Sequence record: DRR723986_13572
DNA: 42,571 bases
Strand: one strand, 5' to 3'
Program-made: the position numbers and the translations under genes
The notes under the pieces: model-generated
Told to the model about the DNA's origin: nothing
What the model saw: the letters and a program-made list of their open reading frames with translations, nothing else
The model's database searches: none
Shown: positions 36,901 through 42,571 of the stretch, in pieces
Position numbering within the stretch: position 1 is the first letter of the stretch
Layout: each line of letters starts with the position of its first letter

Positions 36901-39771
36901 CCATATTAGGAATTCTTTATCATTAAAATTAGTTCCATTTAATGATTTATTTAAGTTGTTAGTGTCATAGATATCTGTTAATCCCATAGTAAGGATTCCT
37001 TCGATTCTGCCATCTATATCAGTAGCATTATTAACACTTCTTGATTGTTTTTGGTTTAAGTCTGAATCATCATCTCTGCCTATACCTGCAATGTCATAAT
37101 TGTATCCTGAATTAACTGATTGGTCCCAGATAACAGTTCCATCACTGTCTACATAGTCTTGTGATGTACCATTAATGCCAAGCGTTATTCCATATTTAAT
37201 ACCTAAATAGGACATAATTCTATTTCGTTCTTGTGTAAGGTTGGTATCATCTTTTCTAGCGGAGAATGTAATAATTTCTGCTATTCTTGCATTTGCTGTT
37301 GCTTCCCAACCTTCACTTCGGCCTATCCAATATCTTGAATCATTTACATTTATGAATGAAGGTAAATCATTTTGATTTGATTCAATATTTATAGCATTAT
37401 AATAAAGTTCTTGTTGCGAAGCAGCGCTATTGTTTCTTGTATTTATAATACCAACATTACTATAGTTAGTTCCTGGTCCATCATTCACGGCATAACCATC
37501 TCCGGGAACACCAGTGTCATAAGTGTCTAATGCAAAACATATCGATTCGTTAGACACACGACCAGTATAATCACCAAAGCCTATACCTGTAGCATCAGTT
37601 GCATTAGTTGCGACATCAGCGTCACCACAAAATACATCCATAAAGCCAAAGGTGCTATTTATTGATGTATCATCTGGAATGACTACCAAAAATATATCTT
37701 GAGTGTACATACCACTAGTTCCTTCTAGAAATTCTGTAGATGTATCATCATATGAATAATCACTGTCAGTTGAAAACGAGGTAAATCTATTATCAAATTC
37801 TATTACAGGATTGAAATTTACATTTTGTGAGGCATTATCTCTGTAGGTTGGTTCTTGTCCAGCTGTATTCACAGTAGCATCTGCACCACGACCTTGATCT
37901 CTCCATATACTTACCAATTGACCATCGGAGTAAGTTAAACCATCAGTTCCTTTGAGCCATAAAGCTAGGTCAGCTGTTACTCCACCAGGACCTTCAGTAA
38001 GTGGTGGTATACCATTACCTAAGATATTAAAATTATAAACAGATTCGTCACTATCATCATTTAAAATAGTAATAGTAGCTGTTCTTATTCCTCCGGCAGT
38101 AGGATTAAATTGAATTTGAAATTGTGTATTTCCTCCCGCAGCTATTGGTGTAGCAGGTGGTGGTAAAACTACAGAAAAATCAGCAGCATGAGTACCTGAT
38201 ATTGTAATATAAGGTGAAGCTCCTAATAAATTAAGATTATTAAGCCCACCATAATTATGAATGGTAAAAGTATGAATTACCGGAACTCCAACGTCTGTAG
38301 AACCAAAGTCAGTATCATCTAATATTGATGGTGTTACATCATTATCTGCAATAGAAATACTATTTCCTGTCACATCTATTTCTTGGAATGGTGAAGCGGC
38401 AACAATATTCACTGTATAATCTTCAACTTCACCGAAATTTGGATTAACACATGGGCCAGCTACTGGATTAGCATCATCCATAATAACACGCATTCGTGTA
38501 CTACCAGTTACAGCACCACCAGGAATAGTAACTGTACCTGTTTGAGGAGCGATTGCATTTGGTCCTGCTGTGAATACCAATTCACCTGGGTCGTTAAAAT
38601 CAAGATCTTGATTGAAATCTATATAGACCGCAAAAGCTTCGTTATAAATTGTACCAGACCATACTGGAAGTATTGAAATTGGATTTATACTACCTTGTGT
38701 TAAATTAGTAGATATCGCTGTAAAATCAGAATATCCTGTGCCTGTGGTTCCTTGGGCTGAGTTGTTGTTGATGGTTCCTAAAGTAACATTTCCCATCCAT
38801 TCAAAATTGTCGTTATTTGCAGCCGCGTTACAATACGTTGGTGTTACACCTGTACCTTGAATATTAAAATTGTACAGATTTTCATCCGAATCGTTATTGG
38901 CTATAGAGATTGTTGCAGTTCTAAGACCATCTGCACTTGGGTCAAACCTGATTGTAAAGGTTGTATTATTACCAGAGCTAATAGGCGTTGTCGGGTTTGC
39001 GGTAAGTGTAAAATCTGCTGCATTTGCACCTGTAATACTTACGTAAGGAGATCCGCCAGTAAGATTTAAATCTGTAGTACCTGTATTTTGTATTGTAAAT
39101 GTATTGTCTTGAAACCCGCCTGCAGTAATAACATTTCCGAAATCAGTATCATCAGTTAAAGAAGGAGTGGTATCTCCATCATTTATGGTAGTAGCATTAC
39201 CTTGAAGGTTTATTTCAGGGCCAGAAGGCAAAGTTCCAGAAATTAAGATATCGTCAATGTAAAATTTATCATTGTTACTGTCTGCGTGAGCTCGAAATTT
39301 AAATCGAGAATCTACATCATAAGCTGTAGCGCCTGCATCAGTAATTGGTATCGTTGCACTATAAATAACGTTATTAGTGTAGGATCCACCTAGTGCATAG
39401 GTTCCAATAGTACTGTATGTTGAACCACCATCATTAGAATATTGTACTAAAAAGTCATCACCATCTTCACAATCTCTAAATTTGAAATCAAAGAATATGC
39501 TTACACTTGTATAGGCGGTTAAATCTATGTCAGGAGTGTAGGTTGCGGCCCTAGGATTACCAGCTCTATTTAATCTCACTGAGTTAGTGCCGTTGACTCT
39601 TGAGCCAGTATCAAGATTACATCTGTCACCTCCATCTTGCCAAAGCGTAAATGGGAAGCCACCAGTTTCAAAAGTTTCTGTTACATTAACTTGAGAATAA
39701 GAAAATGTTGTGAATAGGGCAGCACATAACAAAAGTGCATACCTTTTTAAGGTTAGAGTATAAATTTTCAT
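33985..39771 (-). CDS. 1928-aa T9SS-secreted multidomain protein (two Ig-like choice-of-anchor-D-type repeats, GEVED, LamG, type A CTD)
   Basis: Signal peptide; duplicated EI.V.GN...I.D.D.TPS..DDTDFG; FGEVEDYTVNI; FTISAWIK...WHHVAVTYDG...FRGNIDEVRVW; CTD LFNILGQ...TGTYIIKL...KKVLVK. Confidence 0.92.
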   Translation of the reverse strand: MKIYTLTLKRYALLLCAALFTTFSYSQVNVTETFETGGFPFTLWQDGGDRCNLDTGSRVNGTNSVRLNRAGNPRAATYTPDIDLTAYTSVSIFFDFKFRDCEDGDDFLVQYSNDGGSTYSTIGTYALGGSYTNNVIYSATIPITDAGATAYDVDSRFKFRAHADSNNDKFYIDDILISGTLPSGPEINLQGNATTINDGDTTPSLTDDTDFGNVITAGGFQDNTFTIQNTGTTDLNLTGGSPYVSITGANAADFTLTANPTTPISSGNNTTFTIRFDPSADGLRTATISIANNDSDENLYNFNIQGTGVTPTYCNAAANNDNFEWMGNVTLGTINNNSAQGTTGTGYSDFTAISTNLTQGSINPISILPVWSGTIYNEAFAVYIDFNQDLDFNDPGELVFTAGPNAIAPQTGTVTIPGGAVTGSTRMRVIMDDANPVAGPCVNPNFGEVEDYTVNIVAASPFQEIDVTGNSISIADNDVTPSILDDTDFGSTDVGVPVIHTFTIHNYGGLNNLNLLGASPYITISGTHAADFSVVLPPPATPIAAGGNTQFQIQFNPTAGGIRTATITILNDDSDESVYNFNILGNGIPPLTEGPGGVTADLALWLKGTDGLTYSDGQLVSIWRDQGRGADATVNTAGQEPTYRDNASQNVNFNPVIEFDNRFTSFSTDSDYSYDDTSTEFLEGTSGMYTQDIFLVVIPDDTSINSTFGFMDVFCGDADVATNATDATGIGFGDYTGRVSNESICFALDTYDTGVPGDGYAVNDGPGTNYSNVGIINTRNNSAASQQELYYNAINIESNQNDLPSFINVNDSRYWIGRSEGWEATANARIAEIITFSARKDDTNLTQERNRIMSYLGIKYGITLGINGTSQDYVDSDGTVIWDQSVNSGYNYDIAGIGRDDDSDLNQKQSRSVNNATDIDGRIEGILTMGLTDIYDTNNLNKSLNGTNFNDKEFLIWGNNGIDLNSAAITVTVNMSAGIAPALTTDVTFTAMQRIWKVVESGGDISEVKVRIPQDAIRNITPPGSYLMFISNTGIFDPTTDYRIMTPDGSGNLETEYDFDGTKYITFGYAPEVIVERSVYFDGAFDYIDMEDNLNLNTARFTISAWIKRDATDSGTKSIVSKRDAAFTRGYDFRILDNNALQMIWKNGSDQQITSLATIPDDEWHHVAVTYDGTTVYLYIDGVEARNQLRTPPVDTDESFYIAAAGKNTPVQHFRGNIDEVRVWNTMLTEDQLRFVMNQEIEANGTQVMGSVLTTTITKNDINAVTWNELAAYYPMSAYTYTNTSDASGNGIQGALRNLNTVDRQTAPLPYHSAQNGDWDTSATWTNGNIQYMPGTASIVDPTITVDWNIVSTSHNVSMDNSSLPAGNQDNRKVLGLYVDANELTVNGNTATNTGYGLTVSHHLNLTGKIDLEGESQLIQENDSDLIVAVNGELEKDQQGTADTFTYNYWSAPVGETDIATNDYQYAVQDVMYDGTDSVNFLNSGYDGTATSPVGIADYWIWKFANLTNDDYSAWQHVRRTGTILAGEGFTMKGPGTGTILTDQNYVFLGKPNNGDISLTINNGNDYLVGNPYASAINANEFILDNTDTSGTLYFWEYWGGDSHILKEYQGGYALYNLSGGVPAPAPDPDVAQVGVGTKTPGQYIPVSQGFFVTGINAGTINFENDQRVFAKEGGTGSVFLRNSGENTTQTNYDTNASDTRMKFRIGFDAGYNMKLHRQLLLTIDDNTTYDVDWAYDAKLNDDQTDDMFWMIDNDKYVIQASNDNSTSAVYPLGIKVHEDGLNSITIDALENVPSDINIYVHDIELDLYHNLRDSDYQLFLNTGEYLNRFKITFGTNDDALGIDEENNNSLDVLYSNDIEKIVLLNPNQIEIQSIELFNILGQSVHKIENISGSGYSEYDVKNLSTGTYIIKLFTVSGSVSTKKVLVK

Positions 39772-39806
39772 AAGCGGTTAAGTTTAGTTTGGGACTAAAT
39801 TCAAAA

Positions 39807-39855
39807 CAAACATAGAACTAAACTCTATGAAACGCAAAAAAAATCGATTAAATGC
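39807..39855 (-). promoter_or_regulatory. Promoter of the T9SS giant gene: -7 element plus tandem direct repeat
   Basis: TATGTTTG (39807-39814); TCTATGAAACGC (39824) and TCGATTAAATGC (39844) on the + strand. Confidence 0.55.
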
Positions 39856-39891
39856 ACTATTAATTTATAAGTTGTTGAAATACAGTTAAAT

Positions 39892-39927
39892 AAAAAAGGC
39901 TCAATTATTAGTATAATTGAGCCTTTT
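39892..39927 (-). terminator. Terminator of the M14 peptidase gene
   Basis: AAAAGGCTCAATTAT-TAGT-ATAATTGAGCCTTTT. Confidence 0.9.
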
Positions 39928-39945
39928 GAATATATTAAATTAATA

Positions 39946-42522
39946 CTACTTCTTTTGTTTAAGTATCTGTTTTACAAATGATTGGTTTGTTGTTTGATCT
40001 TGTATTTCTAAAAAGTAAGTACCACTTTGTACATTATTTAAAATAGATATTCTAATTGTATTATCATTTAGTTGAACATTATTTGATAATATAGATCTAC
40101 CTAAAACATCAAATACATTATAAGATATTTCGTTATTAGCCATACTAGTTGGTATCTTAATGTCAATTGTATCTCTAAATGGGTTAGGGTATACCGCAAT
40201 ATTTTCTAAACTCTGTGTATCAACACCCAATGTTTCATCAAATATATTAACTGTATAATCTTCTACTTCACCATATTGGAAAGTCTCACAAGGATCATTT
40301 TGTATTTGACCAGCAGGGTTACCATAATATTTCATTATTACACGCATAACAGTATCACCTGTTTTTGCATCGTTTGGAATAGTAAAGTTATTATTAGAAA
40401 CTGTTTGAGTTGTTGATGAACCAGATTCTAATATTTTTTCAGCAGCTGAGAAAATCCTATCTTGATCAAAATCAATCCAAACCGATACAGCTTCGTTATA
40501 AGTTGTCCCTGTCCAATATTTTGTCACGGAAATACTGTGATTAGAAGAGTTTAATGCCATTGAATTGAATATTGACATTCCTTTAAAATTGGAATATCCA
40601 GAAGCAGTTGAACTTTCAGTGTCATTAATAACTCCATCAATTTCTACTCGACTTATATATTCGTCGTTAATATTATTTCCTTGAGCATTACAGTATACAA
40701 CTGCTGCTGTTGAGAAATTATCTGTATTAGAGTATGTTGAAGAATTTGCACCACAAAGTGATCTAACTTCATATTCATAATCTGTTTCAGGATTTAACCC
40801 TGTTAAATCATATGTAGTATCATCAATGTCGTTAATAACAATCCATGTACCAGATCCTACTTCTCGATATCTCAAGTCAAATGTAGACCCTGATGTAGTA
40901 GACCAGCTAAGTGTAGCAGAAGACGATACAATATTTGTAACATTCAAACTTGTTGGTTCAGCAGGTGTAATTGGAGTTAGTAAAATATCGCCTAAATCTT
41001 TCTTTTCGTAATTGGCAATAGTTTGACTAGAAATTGTTAACGGCTGGTAACAAGGAGCTTCTATTAAAATATCGTAAGTACCAGCATTAATTGGTCTGTA
41101 AAAATCACCATGTGGTGCATCACTTACTGTATTAGATCCGTGTGCGTCATGACCAACAATTGTGATTGTAGCTTCAATAGGCGTACTATCATTAATATCT
41201 TTAACAACTCCTGTAAATCCGTACGTACCTTGAGTTAAGAAATCTAATAGTGCGTCTCTGTTATAATACCAATAATCGTCAAGAAGACTTTCTTGCAATA
41301 TTTTAACATCAGACAATTCTATAGTTACTTCTCTACATTGATGGTAGAAATTCATAAAATCTTGACGTCCACCAAATACACGATACCATTCTGCTCCATG
41401 AGTAACTCCTGGGCTTGGGTAAACATTGCTATCATCATCATCTGTCATGTATGAAGGCTTATTATTATAAGTTGGAGTAGATGTGTTTCCTGAGTTTGCA
41501 TCCGTTTGGCAATGCGTAGTATATTCCACAGAAATATTTTCAAACCAATCACCATCAGGGTGTGTATATTCACTAACGTAAGCATTATCAAAAGGATAAT
41601 TTACTAACTCTGTACCACCATGGAAATTTGCAGAAATAACAAAATGATTATCGTCTGCCAATTGCATAAAGTGTAAAGTTTCTGTTTGATAGGCTTCACT
41701 ATCTGTGTGAGGACCTTGCTTATTATCTGGGTAATTTCTATTTAAATCAATATTGTTGCCATTTCCTCTACGCGCGTTAACAACTGACGTATTGGTAGCA
41801 CTATTATGGTATGTGCCGTCTGGATTTGCACTTGGGTTAATCCAAATCTCAGCATTTTCAACTAAGTTTTTTACACGTGCATGATCAGCATGATTTGTAT
41901 CTGCATACACCGTTAAAATATAATTGATTAAACTTAACATCATTGGGTAACCTGCAATTTCATCACCATGCATAGATGAGGTTAATAAAAGTTTTGGTTC
42001 TTGCTCATCCGTAGCTACATTATCTGATATTTTTACAAATAATAGCTCTTTGTCTCCTTGGCCTGTAGAACCAATACTAAACATATCAACTAATGAAGGA
42101 TAATCATCTTCGAAATCTTGCATTTGTTGTGCGTATTCAGCATAAGTTGGGTAAGAGCTTACAGGGAATGTAAGGGTAGCCATACTATTTCTGCTAGCTA
42201 ATGGTCTTACATCATAGATTATAGATTCTTTTACTTCATTTTCATTAACAGGAACTTGAAAAGGAATATTTTTTAATTCAAATTTTCTGAATTGTTCCTC
42301 ATTTGCCCATGCAATAACTGTCTTAGTTGCTGGATTATAATTAATGAGTGATAGGTTTTTTGTGTAATCAGGAATCTGACTAGCGTCTTCTACTTGAAAG
42401 GTAAATGTTAATTCACCTTTAGTGTTTAGGAAATTTTCTGCTCTTTCTTTATCTGAGGTTTGAGCGAAAATATTCATTAACGCGAAGCAAATTAATGCTA
42501 AGGTTAAAGTAGTTTTCTTCAT
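39946..42522 (-). CDS. T9SS-secreted M14 zinc carboxypeptidase with FN3 and GEVED domains
   Basis: MHGDE (Zn ligands H and E), NPDG, DLNRNYP, NFHGG, TIELS; FN3 GLNPETDYEYEVR; YGEVEDY; CTD VYPNPF...FDVLGR...SGTYFL. Confidence 0.93.
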   Translation of the reverse strand: MKKTTLTLALICFALMNIFAQTSDKERAENFLNTKGELTFTFQVEDASQIPDYTKNLSLINYNPATKTVIAWANEEQFRKFELKNIPFQVPVNENEVKESIIYDVRPLASRNSMATLTFPVSSYPTYAEYAQQMQDFEDDYPSLVDMFSIGSTGQGDKELLFVKISDNVATDEQEPKLLLTSSMHGDEIAGYPMMLSLINYILTVYADTNHADHARVKNLVENAEIWINPSANPDGTYHNSATNTSVVNARRGNGNNIDLNRNYPDNKQGPHTDSEAYQTETLHFMQLADDNHFVISANFHGGTELVNYPFDNAYVSEYTHPDGDWFENISVEYTTHCQTDANSGNTSTPTYNNKPSYMTDDDDSNVYPSPGVTHGAEWYRVFGGRQDFMNFYHQCREVTIELSDVKILQESLLDDYWYYNRDALLDFLTQGTYGFTGVVKDINDSTPIEATITIVGHDAHGSNTVSDAPHGDFYRPINAGTYDILIEAPCYQPLTISSQTIANYEKKDLGDILLTPITPAEPTSLNVTNIVSSSATLSWSTTSGSTFDLRYREVGSGTWIVINDIDDTTYDLTGLNPETDYEYEVRSLCGANSSTYSNTDNFSTAAVVYCNAQGNNINDEYISRVEIDGVINDTESSTASGYSNFKGMSIFNSMALNSSNHSISVTKYWTGTTYNEAVSVWIDFDQDRIFSAAEKILESGSSTTQTVSNNNFTIPNDAKTGDTVMRVIMKYYGNPAGQIQNDPCETFQYGEVEDYTVNIFDETLGVDTQSLENIAVYPNPFRDTIDIKIPTSMANNEISYNVFDVLGRSILSNNVQLNDNTIRISILNNVQSGTYFLEIQDQTTNQSFVKQILKQKK

Positions 42523-42571
42523 TAGATTTGGGATTAAATGAAATCAATTATTGGGATAATATATATATTAT

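Noticed and set aside
34728..41011. Small alternative-frame or antisense ORFs within the two T9SS genes (and those inside the helicase, priA and permease genes)
   Set aside because: Fully nested in long, motif-supported CDSs; no independent signals.
1..42571. Mobile elements, prophage, defence systems, tRNA/rRNA
   Set aside because: No integrase, transposase, phage, nuclease or structural-RNA signatures recognised by eye; tRNAscan-SE, Infernal and DefenseFinder runs would be needed to exclude them formally.

Overview
AT-rich chromosomal window from a Bacteroidota genome, most likely a marine Flavobacteriaceae member (T9SS cargo genes, TAnnTTTG -7 promoter boxes, starts without Shine-Dalgarno sequences). 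It is mostly core genome. In order: a B12 uptake locus (substrate-binding lipoprotein divergent from a cobalamin riboswitch-btuB unit); an S41 peptidase divergent from an ECF sigma/putative anti-sigma/2x DUF4252 operon; purB; a c-type heme protein and a glycosyltransferase; a membrane protein + XRE regulator; cobB, a TrmH methylase, SRPBCC/VOC genes, a DEAD-box helicase, an inserted surface lipoprotein gene, rdgB, a clan GH-A glycosidase, raiA, rlmH, nadC, a YihY protein, priA, a LytTR regulator, rpsF-rpsR-rplI, a GDPD, an ABC permease, hisS, and two large T9SS-secreted GEVED proteins. I saw no rRNA, tRNA, CRISPR array, transposase, prophage or defence system. The most notable observations are regulatory and small-scale: three genes broken by single lesions (two in homopolymer tracts), two unannotated small ORFs, a 21-bp-periodic operator array, a promoter architecture shared by the LytTR gene and the giant T9SS gene, a REP-like hairpin inside the riboswitch, a structured helicase leader, and several near-leaderless promoters. 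None of these is proven to be a new system.
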